A stretch of 64,000 nt of DNA, from the NCBI GenBank assembly GCA_963832015.1, contig CAWHSR010000003.1:35717-99716 (forward strand). The letters run 5' to 3'. Under the pieces are notes generated by a model. The model made no database searches, was not told the DNA's origin, and saw only the letters and a list, made by a program, of their open reading frames with translations. Positions 1 to 9,853 of the stretch are shown here, piece by piece. The stretch is from an uncultured Acidobacteriaceae bacterium (GTDB lineage: Bacteria > Acidobacteriota > Terriglobia > Terriglobales > Acidobacteriaceae). The position numbers and the translations under genes are program-made. How positions within the stretch are numbered: position 1 is the first letter of the stretch; every line of letters starts with the position of its first letter.

Positions 1-1664
1 CGACGCCGAACTCGCGAGCGAAATGGCGCGCTTCTTCGGAGCCGAGACGAACGTGATTACGTTCGAAGAGCAGGCTTCGAAAGAGATTGACGCCGCCGCG
101 AGCGGGGAAGAATCTGCCGCCGAAGTTACGCCGCGTCCGCCGGTGGTCACGATCATGGGTCACGTCGACCATGGCAAGACCACACTGCTCGATTCGATTC
201 GGCTGACCAGCGTTGCAGAAGGCGAAGCGGGAGGCATCACGCAGCACATCGGTGCCTACAAGGTTCGTATCACCGACAAGGAATCTCCAGCCTTTGGGCG
301 CGAGATTGTTTTCCTCGATACGCCGGGTCACGAAGCGTTTACCCGCATGCGGTCGCGCGGTGCGAAGGCCACCGACATTGTTGTGCTAGTCGTAGCGGCG
401 GATGACGGCGTTATGCCGCAGACCGTGGAAGCTATTGATCACGCGCACGCTGCCGAAGTTCCGATCATCGTAGCGGTGAATAAGGTCGACAAGCCCGATG
501 CCATGCCCGACCGAGTGAAAAAACAACTCGCCGATCGCGGGCTCGTTCCGGAAGAGTGGGGCGGCAAGACCGTGTTCGTCGATGTGTCAGCCAAGAAGAA
601 AACGAACCTGAACCTGCTCATGGAAATGATCTGCCTGGTCGCCGATCTCGCGGAGCTGAAGGCGACTCCCGAGCGTGCTGCGACTGGTGTGGTTCTCGAA
701 GCAAAACTGGATCGCGGTCGCGGACCCGTGGCGACAGTGCTGGTGCAGAATGGAACGTTAGTCGCCGGGGACAACTTCGTCGTGGGCAACGTGTTCGGCA
801 AAGTTCGCGCGATGTTCGACGATCGCGGGGCGGCGCTGCAGTCCGCGCCTCCATCGACGCCGGTCGAAATTCTGGGCTTGGAAGGTTTGCCGCAGGCTGG
901 GGATCAGTTCGTCGTGGTTGCGGATCGCGACAAGGCGCGCGGAATTTCCGAATACCGCGAGCAGAAAGCCCGCGAAGCAGCGCTGGCGAAGAGTTCCCGC
1001 GTATCGCTGGAAGGACTCGCGGAACAGATCAAGACCGCTGGAACGAAGGAATTGAACATCATCCTGAAGGGCGATGTGCAGGGCTCCGTGGAAGTGCTCA
1101 GCGATCTTGCTGTCGCGGCTCTCGAACGAAAAGGTTCGCCTGCGGCTGCTGCGTTCGGGCGTGGGTGCGATCACCGAAACCGACGTGCTGCTGGCCTCGG
1201 CGTCGAATGCCATCATCATCGGCTTCAACGTGCGGCCGGAGCGCAAGGCGCAGGAACTGGCCGATCAGGAAGAAGTCGACATCCGCCTGCACTCGATCAT
1301 TTACGAACTGCAGGACGAGATCAAGCGCGCCATGACCGGCCTGCTTGAACCGACCATCAAAGAAACCTACCAGGGACGCGCCGAGGTGCTCGAAACCTTC
1401 CGCATCCCGAAGGTGGGAACGATTGCTGGTTGCCGCGTGACCGATGGCGTGATCAAGAACAACTCCGAAGTGCGTCTGCTGCGCGACAACGTGGTCGTGT
1501 TCAAGGGCAAAGTCGGATCACTGCGGCGCTTCAAGGACGATGCCAAGGAAGTGACCAACGGCATGGAATGCGGCATCTCGATCGCGAACTACGGCGACAT
1601 CAAGGCGCGCGATGTGATCGAGGCGTTCGCCACGGAGCGGATTGCCGCCGAAGCTATGGTGTAG
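1..1664 (+). CDS. infB: translation initiation factor IF-2, 5-prime partial (N-terminus outside window), apparent frame break near 1106
   Basis: ORF 23-1348 has GTPase motifs [13 protein letters not shown] and NKVD, and stays open back to base 1. ORF 1074-1664, in another frame, carries the IF-2 C-terminal domains ([20 protein letters not shown]). The frames join between ...VLSD (ends 1105) and [10 protein letters not shown] (starts 1107). Confidence 0.9.
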
Positions 1665-1665
1665 A

Positions 1666-1755
1666 AGGTTCGAGTTTCCAGTTCAGGTTTCTAGTGAACC
1701 CGGTCCGGGTGGATGTTTTTGCTCATCCGAAACTCGAAACCTGAAACTCGAACCT
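1666..1755. repeat. imperfect inverted repeat with 7-nt periodic arms (RRGTTTC / GAAACYY) between infB and the DUF503 gene; candidate terminator or processing hairpin
   Basis: aggttcgagtttc (1666-1678) is the perfect complement of gaaactcgaacct (1743-1755). The arms continue as tandem 7-mers, and a small inner GC stem lies in the loop. Confidence 0.6.
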
Positions 1756-1757
1756 GA

Positions 1758-2048
1758 ATGCCCATCGCTTTCCTCACCCTCGAACTCCACATCGAAGCGG
1801 CCCAGTCGGTCAAAGACCGGCGCCAGGTGGTGCGTAGCATGAAAGACCGACTGCGCACCAGCTTCAACATTTCCGTCGCCGAACTCGACGCGGCGGAACT
1901 ATGGAACCGCGCCACCATCGGCGTAGTCAGCATTTCCAATTCCCGCGACTATCTCGACGGCCTGATGAAAAATGTGGAGCGCGCAGCCACGCGCATCGCC
2001 AACAACCACGGCGCGGAGATTGCGGATTCGTTCGTGGAATACTTCTAG
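1758..2048 (+). CDS. DUF503 (YlxP-like) family protein
   Basis: 96-aa ORF (MPIAFLTLELHIEAAQSVKDRR...) in the infB-rbfA gap where DUF503 genes typically lie. Family recognised from memory. Confidence 0.7.
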   Translation: MPIAFLTLELHIEAAQSVKDRRQVVRSMKDRLRTSFNISVAELDAAELWNRATIGVVSISNSRDYLDGLMKNVERAATRIANNHGAEIADSFVEYF

Positions 2049-2227
2049 ATTCAGCGCTGGATGGGTGTTCGCGTCCGAGCCGTAGAATTCCGCAACACCT
2101 CCTAACATATTGTTACCTCCGTACTTAACCCTCCACCGCGGAATTGGTCCACAATAGCGCAGCCGGATCACACACTTGGGGCCGATTTTCTGTTATTCTC
2201 ATGCGTTTTACCTGAGGTGCCGGAATC

Positions 2228-2620
2228 GTGGAGAAGCGCGGGCTCAAATATCATCGCGGGCGGGTTGGCGAAGCTCTGCGCGAGGAGATTGAAACGCTCG
2301 TCGAAGGCGAGCTGGCCGATCCGCGGATTGGGCTGGTGAGCGTGACGGCGGTTCACATCGCCGATGACGGGCGCTCGGCGCAGGTCTGGGTCAACGTCGA
2401 GGGTAGCGACGAGGATGCGGACCAGAGTCTGGAAGGATTGGCCGCTGCGAAGGAATACATACGGCACGAACTTGTGGAGCGGTTGCATCTGAGGCGCGCT
2501 CCGGAGTTGTATTTCCGGCTGGATCGCGCGGAACAGGAAAAGGCGCGAGTGGAAGAATTGCTAGCGCGGGCGAAGAAGAGGAGTAAGACAGGCAAGGCAA
2601 CCAGTGGAAAAAAGGCATAG
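2228..2620 (+). CDS. rbfA: ribosome-binding factor A
   Basis: 130-aa ORF with a GTG start. RbfA-like core (RVGEALREEIETLV...DPRIGLVSVTAVHIADDGRSAQVWV...LRRAPELYFRLD) and synteny after infB. Confidence 0.85.
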   Translation: MEKRGLKYHRGRVGEALREEIETLVEGELADPRIGLVSVTAVHIADDGRSAQVWVNVEGSDEDADQSLEGLAAAKEYIRHELVERLHLRRAPELYFRLDRAEQEKARVEELLARAKKRSKTGKATSGKKA

Positions 2621-3569
2621 CGGCGTCGAGGATGTGCTCCGGCAGATCGGACAGCACGAGCGATTCGTGCTGACCTCGCACGCCCGCCCGGACGGCGACG
2701 CGGTCGGATCGGCGTTGGCCTGCTGCCAGGTGTTGCGCGCGATGGGCAAGCATGCCGACGTTGTGCTGCACGATGGCGTCCCGCGCATCTATCGCTCTCT
2801 TCCGTTCGCTGATCAAGTTGTCCAGTCCAGTCGCATCGCGGGCAACTACGAGGCGGCGATTATTCTGGAATGTGACAGCATTCACCGCACTAGGCTCGAG
2901 GGGCTGGAAGATAGAGTGCTGATCAGCATTGATCACCATGTCAGCGGGCGTCCGTTTGCGCACGTGAACTGGATCGATCCGCACGCGGTGGCAACTGCCG
3001 AGATGGTTTTCCGGCTGGCCCGCGAAGCGGGCGTGAAATTTTCTCCCGAGATTGCGACCTGCCTTTACACGGCGCTGATGACCGACACCGGCTCGTTTAT
3101 GTTCCAGGGAACGAATGAGAATACGTTCGCACTGGCGCGCGAGCTGGCACTCGCGGGGGCCGATCCGGCGCACTGCGCCCGCGGAATTTATTTTGCGCAC
3201 TCGGTTAGCAAGATCCGGCTGCTCGGCGAGGCCCTTCGCAATCTCAATGTCGAAGCGCATATCGGCTATGCATGGGTGACCCAGAAGCAAATGGAACGCT
3301 GCGGCGCGATTGAAGAAGACTGCGAAGGCCTGGTGAATTACGTCCTCTCCATCGGCGGGGTCGAGGTGGCGGCGTTCTTCCGTGAAATGCCCGAGGGGCG
3401 ATACCGCGTGAGCTTGCGCAGCAAAGGCAAACTCGATGTCGCGCACGTGGCTGAGAGCTTCGGCGGCGGAGGCCACGAGTGCGCCAGCGGATGCTCGCTT
3501 GACGGGCCGCTTGCCGAAGCCGTGCGCCAGGTTCTATTCCAGCTTCGCCGCGGACCTTCCGTACAATAG
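2604..3569 (+). CDS. DHH-family phosphoesterase (NrnA-like oligoribonuclease/pAp phosphatase)
   Basis: Motifs DGDAVGS, DHH (SIDHHVSG) and the DHHA1 GGGH (GGGGHECASG). Overlaps the rbfA 3-prime end by 17 nt. Confidence 0.8.
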   Translation: MEKRHSGVEDVLRQIGQHERFVLTSHARPDGDAVGSALACCQVLRAMGKHADVVLHDGVPRIYRSLPFADQVVQSSRIAGNYEAAIILECDSIHRTRLEGLEDRVLISIDHHVSGRPFAHVNWIDPHAVATAEMVFRLAREAGVKFSPEIATCLYTALMTDTGSFMFQGTNENTFALARELALAGADPAHCARGIYFAHSVSKIRLLGEALRNLNVEAHIGYAWVTQKQMERCGAIEEDCEGLVNYVLSIGGVEVAAFFREMPEGRYRVSLRSKGKLDVAHVAESFGGGGHECASGCSLDGPLAEAVRQVLFQLRRGPSVQ

Positions 3570-3575
3570 AAATCC

Positions 3576-3665
3576 ATTGTTGATTGTTGATTTCTGATTG
3601 CTGATTGTAGGGCGATCGAGCCTGCGGAAGTTCGGTCATCAATCATCAATCATCAATCAACAATT
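3576..3665. repeat. long imperfect inverted repeat with 7-nt periodic arms (YTGATTK / TCAWCAA)
   Basis: attgttgattg (3576-3586) is the perfect complement of caatcaacaat (3654-3664). Left arm: ttgattg ttgattt ctgattg ctgattg. Right arm: tcatcaa x3 then tcaacaa. Lies between the DHH gene stop and the GT39 start. Confidence 0.6.
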
Positions 3666-3669
3666 TCAC

Positions 3670-5319
3670 ATGACCGCTCGCACCCGCACAGACGTGCTCT
3701 TGATCGCAGGCTTCTGCGCGTTTCTATTTTTCTACGGCATGGGGCAGTTCGGGCTGATCGGTGCCGACGAGCCACGCTACGCGCAGGTGGCGCGCGAGAT
3801 GCTCGAACGCCACGACTGGATCACGCCGGTTCTCGGGAGGCATGCCTGGCTCGAGAAGCCGCCCCTCTATTACTGGCAGGCGATGCTGGCCTATTCCTTG
3901 TTCGGCGTCAGTGATGTGGCCGCGCGCATCCCGGCCGCGATTGGCGCTACTCTGCTGGTGATCGCCGTTTATCTTTTCTTTCGCAAATTTCGGGGCGGGG
4001 TGGAAGTTGATGCGGCGCTGATCACGGCTTCTTGTGCGGGCGTAATCGGGTATGCCCGTGCTGCCTCGATGGACATGGCGCTGGCCGCGACCTTCAGCAT
4101 CGGGATACTCGCGTGGTGGGCCTGGCGAGAGAGTGAGCAGCGAATCTATCTTGCGCTGTTCTATGGCTGCATGGCTCTTGGGATGCTGGCCAAGGGGCCT
4201 GTTGCGCCGTTCCTGGCGGCAGCTGTGATTGTAGTGTTTGCTCTGGCAGCCCGCGAAGTCCGCCTGATTCTGAGAACTCTATGGTTGCCGGGAATTTTCC
4301 TGTTCTGTGCAATCGCATTGCCCTGGTACATCGCGGTGCAGGTACGAAATCCGCAATTCTTTCGCGAATTCATTCTGCAGCATAACCTCGCTCGCTTCTC
4401 CAGCGATCTCTATCACCATCGCCAGCCGTTCTGGTATTACCTTCCGGTCACAGCGTTAGCGTTCGTGCCGTGGATCGTGTTCGTGATCGCGGCGTTCGTG
4501 GAATCTCTGCGGATCTGGTCGGCGGAACGCAAATCCGTTTCCGCCGAACCTGACCTCGAATTGCAATTCAGAGTTTTCGTGTGCTGCTGGCTTGTGGTTC
4601 CGGTGGCGTTCTTTTCGATTTCGCAGTCAAAGCTTCCCGGTTACATTCTCCCTGCGATCCCGGCCGGAGCCTTACTGCTGGCGGATTATCTGCGGCAGCA
4701 CCTTGCGCGCGAGAACGATGCACCCGTTTCCAAGGGGTTGGTGATACTGCATGCTCTGGTCGCAGCGGCGCCCATCGTTCCCTCTGTGCTGATCGCTTAT
4801 GTCATCACCCAGCACCGGCCGCCTGCAGGGAGGCCCATGTTTGTCGCTGTTGGTATTGCGTTTGCCCTCTGTGCTGCTATCACGATGACACTGGCGAGTC
4901 GCTCTCATTTGCGCATGCTCCGTTTTGTGACGTTGATTCCTGTCGTGCTATCGGTGGCGGCGGTGCTGAAACTCGGGTCGGTTTCGGTTGACCAAACACT
5001 GTCGGCTCGGCCGTTGGCAATTGAGCTGGCAGCCGTGGAGACGCATGTGCTTCCGGTCGCGGTGTACGGTGTTCCGCGTGAGATGGAGTATGGGCTCACG
5101 TTTTATCGCAATCAGACGACTGCACGCTACGAAACCGGAGGTGTTCCAGCGGAAGCACATCTGCTGCTGGCGCCGGAGACGTGGAAGGTGAATGTCGCAG
5201 TAAAAACGGCGGGAAGACGAGTGCTGTTCCTCGGAAACTACGCGCCGCAGAACGTGGATTACTACTGGGTCTCTGCCGCGAGGGCTGCGGGAGCTGCGGG
5301 AGCTGCGCAGGAAAGATAA
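3670..5319 (+). CDS. GT39/ArnT-like membrane glycosyltransferase (dolichyl-phosphate-mannose-protein mannosyltransferase family)
   Basis: Polytopic membrane protein with an N-terminal GADEPRYAQVAREM...WLEKPPLYYW signature. The ATG at 3670 (MTARTRTD) is preferred over the upstream ORF start at 3598, which lies inside the hairpin repeat. Confidence 0.75.
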   Translation: MTARTRTDVLLIAGFCAFLFFYGMGQFGLIGADEPRYAQVAREMLERHDWITPVLGRHAWLEKPPLYYWQAMLAYSLFGVSDVAARIPAAIGATLLVIAVYLFFRKFRGGVEVDAALITASCAGVIGYARAASMDMALAATFSIGILAWWAWRESEQRIYLALFYGCMALGMLAKGPVAPFLAAAVIVVFALAAREVRLILRTLWLPGIFLFCAIALPWYIAVQVRNPQFFREFILQHNLARFSSDLYHHRQPFWYYLPVTALAFVPWIVFVIAAFVESLRIWSAERKSVSAEPDLELQFRVFVCCWLVVPVAFFSISQSKLPGYILPAIPAGALLLADYLRQHLARENDAPVSKGLVILHALVAAAPIVPSVLIAYVITQHRPPAGRPMFVAVGIAFALCAAITMTLASRSHLRMLRFVTLIPVVLSVAAVLKLGSVSVDQTLSARPLAIELAAVETHVLPVAVYGVPREMEYGLTFYRNQTTARYETGGVPAEAHLLLAPETWKVNVAVKTAGRRVLFLGNYAPQNVDYYWVSAARAAGAAGAAQER

Positions 5320-5324
5320 ACTCT

Positions 5325-5432
5325 TGTCATCCTGAGACGCGACGTTCTTGGCGGGCCGAAGGATCTATGGACTCCTAGACACCAGGGCGAAGACGGGGAG
5401 TGCAGGGGCCCTTCGCCTTGCTCAGGATGACA
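5325..5432. repeat. MITE-like nested palindromic element, copy 1 (tgtcatcctgag ... ctcaggatgaca)
   Basis: 12-nt terminal inverted repeats at 5325-5336 and 5421-5432. The internal ccgaaggatctatg box is shared with the copies at 30244 and 32752. Confidence 0.6.
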
Positions 5433-5458
5433 AATCCGTAGAACGCCGTCGTATGGTT

Positions 5459-6058
5459 CTACTCGCTGGAATATGCAAGCTCCTGCAGTCCTACCCGGGG
5501 CGGAGCCCCGGCCAGCGCGATGTTGCCGTATTCGAATCCCTTCTCGAAGGCCTGCAAATTCAGCTCGCGGAAATTTGGCGGCACCGAGTCGGCTACGGCT
5601 TTGCGCACGGCATCCGGGGTGAGAAGTTTCGTGACGGCGGTGAAGAAACCCACCATCACGGAATTCAGCACCATGCGTTTACCGAGTCCTTCCGCGATGC
5701 GCGTGGCCGGAATACTGTAGACCTTCTTGTCGGTGTTGACATTGGAGACTCGCACCAGATCTTCTTCGATGATCAGCATGCCCTCCGGCTTCAGTTCCGG
5801 CGCGAAACGGTTGTAGGCCTCCTGCGACATGACAACCATGATGTCTGGCCGCGTCACGTAGGGATACAGTACCGGTTCGTCGGAGAGAATAAGCTGGGCG
5901 CTGCACGCGCCGCCGCGCGCTTCCGGGCCGAAGTTCTGCGTCATGGTGGCGAAGCCGTTTTCGTAGATCGATGCCGCCTTGCCCAAGAGTATGGCCGAGA
6001 GGATGACTCCCTGGCCGCCGAAGCCTGCAACGCGAATCTCGGTTAATCGCATACGCAC
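5459..6058 (-). CDS. 2-oxoacid:ferredoxin oxidoreductase, gamma subunit
   Basis: 199-aa ORF with RVAGFGGQGVILSA, typical of the POR/KOR gamma domain. Last gene of the four-gene overlapping operon. Confidence 0.8.
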   Translation of the reverse strand: MRMRLTEIRVAGFGGQGVILSAILLGKAASIYENGFATMTQNFGPEARGGACSAQLILSDEPVLYPYVTRPDIMVVMSQEAYNRFAPELKPEGMLIIEEDLVRVSNVNTDKKVYSIPATRIAEGLGKRMVLNSVMVGFFTAVTKLLTPDAVRKAVADSVPPNFRELNLQAFEKGFEYGNIALAGAPPRVGLQELAYSSE

Positions 6059-6933
6059 TCCATCTCTGGTTCTTCGATGTAGCGCTCGCCCAGCGTCTCG
6101 ACATACTGCGCGCGCATCATGGTTTGGTAGTCGGGACGGTCGCGGTCGACGAACTTGCCGACGGCGATCTCGCCGTTGAGCGTGAGTCCGACTTCGCTGG
6201 TCGGCGCGCCGTGCTTCACTTTGCTCTTTTCCTTGTAGAACTTCATGGTGTCAAGACCGTCGCCCATTTTGTTGCGGCGCTGGTAGAGCGTGGGGCACGG
6301 CGAGATGACTTCGATGAACGAAAATCCCTTCTTCTGGAAAGCCTCGCTGATCGAGCGCGCCAGTTGCCGGACGTGAAAGGTTGTCCAGCGCGCCACGTAT
6401 ACGGCGCCGGCAGCTTCGACGAGGTGCGGCAGGTTGAACGCAGGTTCGAACGTCCCGTAGGGATTTGTCGAAGTAGTGGCGTGACCAGGCGTGGTCGGCG
6501 CAGTCTGGCCGCCAGTCATCGCATAGATCAGATTGTTCACGCAGATGACCTTCAGGTCGATGTTGCGCCGCGCTGCGTGGATCAGGTGATTGCCGCCGAT
6601 TGCCGACAGATCGCCGTCACCGGAGTAGACCACAACATTTAGCTTGGGATTTGCCAGCTTCAGGCCAGTCGCAAACGGGATCGCACGTCCGTGGGTGGTA
6701 TGAAACGAATCGAGCTTCACGTAGCCAGCCACGCGTCCCGTGCAGCCGATGCCGGAAACCAAAGCCAGCGACTGAAGGTCAATCTTCGATTCGATCAGCG
6801 CATGCGCGAAGGAGTTTACCGTGGTCCCGATGCCGCAACCGGGGCACCAAATATGCGGCATGCGGTCGCTGCGCAGAAACTGCTCAACCGGATTGACCGT
6901 GTCGTCCGGCGTGTTGTCGAGAATGTTCAGCAT
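6043..6933 (-). CDS. 2-oxoacid:ferredoxin oxidoreductase, beta (TPP-binding) subunit
   Basis: WCPGCGIG motif plus GDG...N TPP-binding region. ATG at 6933 (MLNILDN) overlaps the alpha stop as ATGCTGA. The longer ORF start at 7008 is inside the alpha subunit. Confidence 0.85.
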   Translation of the reverse strand: MLNILDNTPDDTVNPVEQFLRSDRMPHIWCPGCGIGTTVNSFAHALIESKIDLQSLALVSGIGCTGRVAGYVKLDSFHTTHGRAIPFATGLKLANPKLNVVVYSGDGDLSAIGGNHLIHAARRNIDLKVICVNNLIYAMTGGQTAPTTPGHATTSTNPYGTFEPAFNLPHLVEAAGAVYVARWTTFHVRQLARSISEAFQKKGFSFIEVISPCPTLYQRRNKMGDGLDTMKFYKEKSKVKHGAPTSEVGLTLNGEIAVGKFVDRDRPDYQTMMRAQYVETLGERYIEEPEMECVCD

Positions 6934-8087
6934 CGGCTTGCCTCCACGATGGCGTTCAGGATTTCGTCGGGACTGTGCACTCCGCCTCCAGCGTGCGATA
7001 CGGCGCAAGTCTTGGCTTTGCCGTCGGCCGCGCGTTGGACCTCACGAACCATCTGTCCCAGATTCAGTTCCGGCACGACGAAGGCTTTGACGTGCGCTGC
7101 CAAATCCGCAATCTTCTTCTCGGGGAAGGGCCAGGCGGTGATGAGGCGCAGCTTGCCGACTTTCAGTCCTTTGTCGCGGGCCGCATCGATCGCGCGTTGC
7201 GCGACGCGTGACGTGATGCCGTAGGAAACTACCACGACATCCGCGTCGTCGAGGCGATCTTCCTCGAACAGGCAGATGCGGTCGATGGCAGAGCGAATCT
7301 TGTTCTGCAGACGCCGCACCAGCTTGTCCTGCACCTGCGGCGTCATGTTGGGATAGCCGTGTTCATCGTGGGTTAGGCCCGTGACGTGAAAATTGTAGCC
7401 ATCGCCAGCATGCGCCATCTCCGGTACCATGTCGCCGTTTGTTCCGTAGGGCAGGTAGTCTTCGACGGATTTGTGCGTGTGCTTGCGCGGTGTGACTTCG
7501 ATTTCATCGGCGGGAGGAATGACAACCTTTTCCGTCATGTGTCCCACCACTTCGTCCATCATGAACATGACCGGGACACGAAATTCTTCCGCGAAGTTGA
7601 ACGCCTTGATAGTCAGGTCGAAGCACTCCTGCGGCGAATTCGGACAGAGCGCGATGATCTCGTAGTCGCCGTGCGATCCCCAGCGAGCCTGCATCATGTC
7701 GGCTTGGGCGGGCAGCGTGGGCAGTCCAGTCGACGGCCCGCCGCGCTGCACGTCGACGAATACGCAGGGCGTTTCGGTCATGGCCGCGTAGCCGATGTGT
7801 TCCATCATCAGCGAGAAGCCGGGGCCGGAGGTTACAGTGAACGCTTTCGCTCCGCCCCATACTCCGCCCTGCAGCGCGATCGAGGCGGCGAGTTCGTCTT
7901 CCATCTGAATGAAGGTTCCGCCTACCATGGGCACACGGGCCGCGAAGCGCTCTACGACTTCAGTCGAGGGAGTGATGGGATATCCAGCGGCAAATCTTGC
8001 GCCGGCGGCCAGCGCGCCTTCACAGCAGGCGTGGTCGCCGTCGAGAAAGTGCGTGCCGGTTAGAACACCACGGGGATCCGCTTTCAT
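6927..8087 (-). CDS. 2-oxoacid:ferredoxin oxidoreductase, alpha subunit
   Basis: 386-aa ORF with an N-terminal GDHACCEGALAAGARFAAGYPITPSTEV signature of the POR/KOR alpha subunit. Confidence 0.85.
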   Translation of the reverse strand: MKADPRGVLTGTHFLDGDHACCEGALAAGARFAAGYPITPSTEVVERFAARVPMVGGTFIQMEDELAASIALQGGVWGGAKAFTVTSGPGFSLMMEHIGYAAMTETPCVFVDVQRGGPSTGLPTLPAQADMMQARWGSHGDYEIIALCPNSPQECFDLTIKAFNFAEEFRVPVMFMMDEVVGHMTEKVVIPPADEIEVTPRKHTHKSVEDYLPYGTNGDMVPEMAHAGDGYNFHVTGLTHDEHGYPNMTPQVQDKLVRRLQNKIRSAIDRICLFEEDRLDDADVVVVSYGITSRVAQRAIDAARDKGLKVGKLRLITAWPFPEKKIADLAAHVKAFVVPELNLGQMVREVQRAADGKAKTCAVSHAGGGVHSPDEILNAIVEASRC

Positions 8088-8338
8088 TTCTCACCTCCGC
8101 TGGCCTGCTTGGCGATGCCCGCCGCAGGAATCTTGGTTCCGTTGATGGCGAAGTCCGGGCAATACATGCCGCAGAGATCACAGCCGCTGCATTTTTCCGG
8201 ATGCACCACGTGCGGCGGATGGTAGCCCTTTGAATTGAAGGCGGAAGAGAGCGCGAGCACGTGCGTGGGACAGAACTCCACGCAAAAGCCACAGGCCTTG
8301 CAGCGCTCAACGACGATCGAAACACGTCCTTTTGCCAC
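8084..8338 (-). CDS. 4Fe-4S dicluster ferredoxin (delta subunit of the oxidoreductase)
   Basis: Two CxxCxxCxxxCP motifs (CKACGFCVEFCP, CSGCDLCGMYCP). The likely GTG start at 8338 gives MAKGRVSIV. The maximal ORF reaches 8368. 4-nt overlap with the alpha start. Confidence 0.75.
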   Translation of the reverse strand: MAKGRVSIVVERCKACGFCVEFCPTHVLALSSAFNSKGYHPPHVVHPEKCSGCDLCGMYCPDFAINGTKIPAAGIAKQASGGEK

Positions 8339-8738
8339 GAGATCCCCCAGCCAAAGAGTGACAATCACTCCGGGAATTCAATAAAGCAGGACTCGATTAT
8401 GCGGTGACTCCTGCCGCATGCGGTGTGATCAGCATCACAGAGGGGGGTGAGGTTAGGCACGATCGAGTTTTGGGACAAAAAGTTGCGCAAGACGTTGCAG
8501 GCGCATGATTTGCGGTCTGAGAGCTCAGGATGATGTGGGGTCAATCGCCCTCCGACATAGCTTGGTGACCCTCATCACGAGCGATCGTGAGGCTGAACAC
8601 ACAGAAACAACCTGACTTCCGTCCGTTCTCTTTGGCAGGCGTCAGAATCGAATCCCTGCAGAACTCGACGGATAGACAGCGACGACCCTAATGCGACTCA
8701 CACTTCTGGGATGAGAACCCACAGGCTGTTGCCGCCCT

Positions 8739-9782
8739 ATGTTCGCCTGGTTTGCCTCTGCCGGGCGAACCAACTACACTCGAAATTTTGCCGCGAGATC
8801 TTCCGCCAACCCTGGCGGCAGGCGCGGCGGGAGCCCTTTGGAGATCCTCGACCTCAGGCATTTTTCTTCCGTGGACCTGCGTCCTTTGCTGGACGACGAG
8901 ACGCAAGTCTGGTCACGCTTGCTGTCGTGGGATTATTCCGGCTCGGCGGAAATGATTCTCCGTTACGTCGACGCGAAAATCCTCCCGGGATATGCCGCCG
9001 TTGATCGCGGCCGCGTCTTCGGCTACTCGTTTTTTGTGTATGAGGGGAGTAAGGGAGTCATTGGCGACCTGTATGTCATCAATGGCGCCCGCCTTCCTAA
9101 TGCCCGCGAGGTTGAGCTAAAGCTGCTCACCCACGTGATCGAGACGCTGCAGCAGTCTCCGGGGATTCATCGCGTGGAGGCGCAGCTTCTGGCGCACGAC
9201 GCCAACGCAGTGTCGCGCCCGTTTCTCGAGACGGGATTCCAGCGGCATCCGCGCCTCTTCATGACTCTGAGTTTGGGGAAAGCTGCGGCCGAAAAGGTAC
9301 CGACGCATCCCGATGTTGAGATCCGCCCCTGGACCGAGGGTGATTACCAGCCTACTGCTGCCGTCATCACCGCGGCCTATCGCGGCCACGTTGACGCTCA
9401 AATCAACGATCAATACCACACGCTCAGCGGATCGTTGCGGTTCCTTAATAACATCGTGCGCTTCCCGGGATGTGGTGTGTTCGACGCAGAGTCGTCGTTC
9501 GTGGCCCTGGATCGAAAGGCGAAGAGTCTGATTGGCGTGATCCTGTGCTCGCGCGTGCGAAACAATGTCGGTCACGTTACGCAGGTGTGTGTGCTGCCGG
9601 AGTATCGCTCTCGCCGAATTGGGGAGTCTCTGCTGGCGGCTACCGAAGGCAGCCTGAAGAAGCGAAACTTCGTCCTTCTCTCGCTGACGGTGACCGAAGC
9701 GAATGCGCGTGCGGTTGCTCTTTACCGACGGCTGAATTTTGAGTCGAAGAGGATTTTTGACGCGTTTGTTTGGGAAGGCTAG
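8739..9782 (+). CDS. GNAT-family N-acetyltransferase (two-domain), start uncertain
   Basis: C-terminal acetyl-CoA motif region (VTQVCVLPEYRSRRIGESLL...ANARAVALYRRLNF). The N-terminal about 30 codons are low-complexity, so the true start may be later. Confidence 0.7.
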   Translation: MFAWFASAGRTNYTRNFAARSSANPGGRRGGSPLEILDLRHFSSVDLRPLLDDETQVWSRLLSWDYSGSAEMILRYVDAKILPGYAAVDRGRVFGYSFFVYEGSKGVIGDLYVINGARLPNAREVELKLLTHVIETLQQSPGIHRVEAQLLAHDANAVSRPFLETGFQRHPRLFMTLSLGKAAAEKVPTHPDVEIRPWTEGDYQPTAAVITAAYRGHVDAQINDQYHTLSGSLRFLNNIVRFPGCGVFDAESSFVALDRKAKSLIGVILCSRVRNNVGHVTQVCVLPEYRSRRIGESLLAATEGSLKKRNFVLLSLTVTEANARAVALYRRLNFESKRIFDAFVWEG

Positions 9783-9853
9783 CTTTGAGCGGCGAGCTGT
9801 GAGCTACGCGTAGAATCGGGCTTGCCTTGTAGCTCATCGCGAGCAACTCAGGG
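9782..9853. repeat. imperfect hairpin with NNNGAGC 7-nt words between convergent genes; candidate bidirectional terminator
   Basis: gtgagctac (9799-9807) pairs with gtagctcat (9829-9837) at 8 of 9 positions. The outer arms tttgagc ggcgagc tgtgagc are partly complementary to the right arm. Confidence 0.45.

Noticed and set aside
1090-1125. Programmed ribosomal frameshifting as an explanation for infB and the other frame breaks.
   Set aside because: No slippery heptamers or stimulatory structures at the junctions. The breaks occur in both directions and in unrelated genes, several in homopolymers. Indel error or mutation is the simpler explanation.
2391-3476. Long alternative-frame and antisense ORFs in the track. 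Examples: 2391-3476(-) 361 aa, 5348-6046(+), 10508-11308(+), 21095-22039(+), 31818-32723(-), 35308-36135(-), 48302-49675(-) 457 aa, 50768-51556(-).
   Set aside because: Each lies entirely opposite or out of frame to a gene with strong family signatures. Their translations are Arg/Gly/Pro/Ala-rich with no motifs, as expected for shadow ORFs in GC-rich DNA.
8369-8738. The 370-nt spacer between the oxidoreductase operon and the GNAT gene, examined for a riboswitch, small RNA or tRNA (contains tcgaatccc and several short hairpins).
   Set aside because: No recognisable conserved RNA motif such as a T-loop context, RNase P, SRP or tmRNA signature. Most simply a divergent promoter region.
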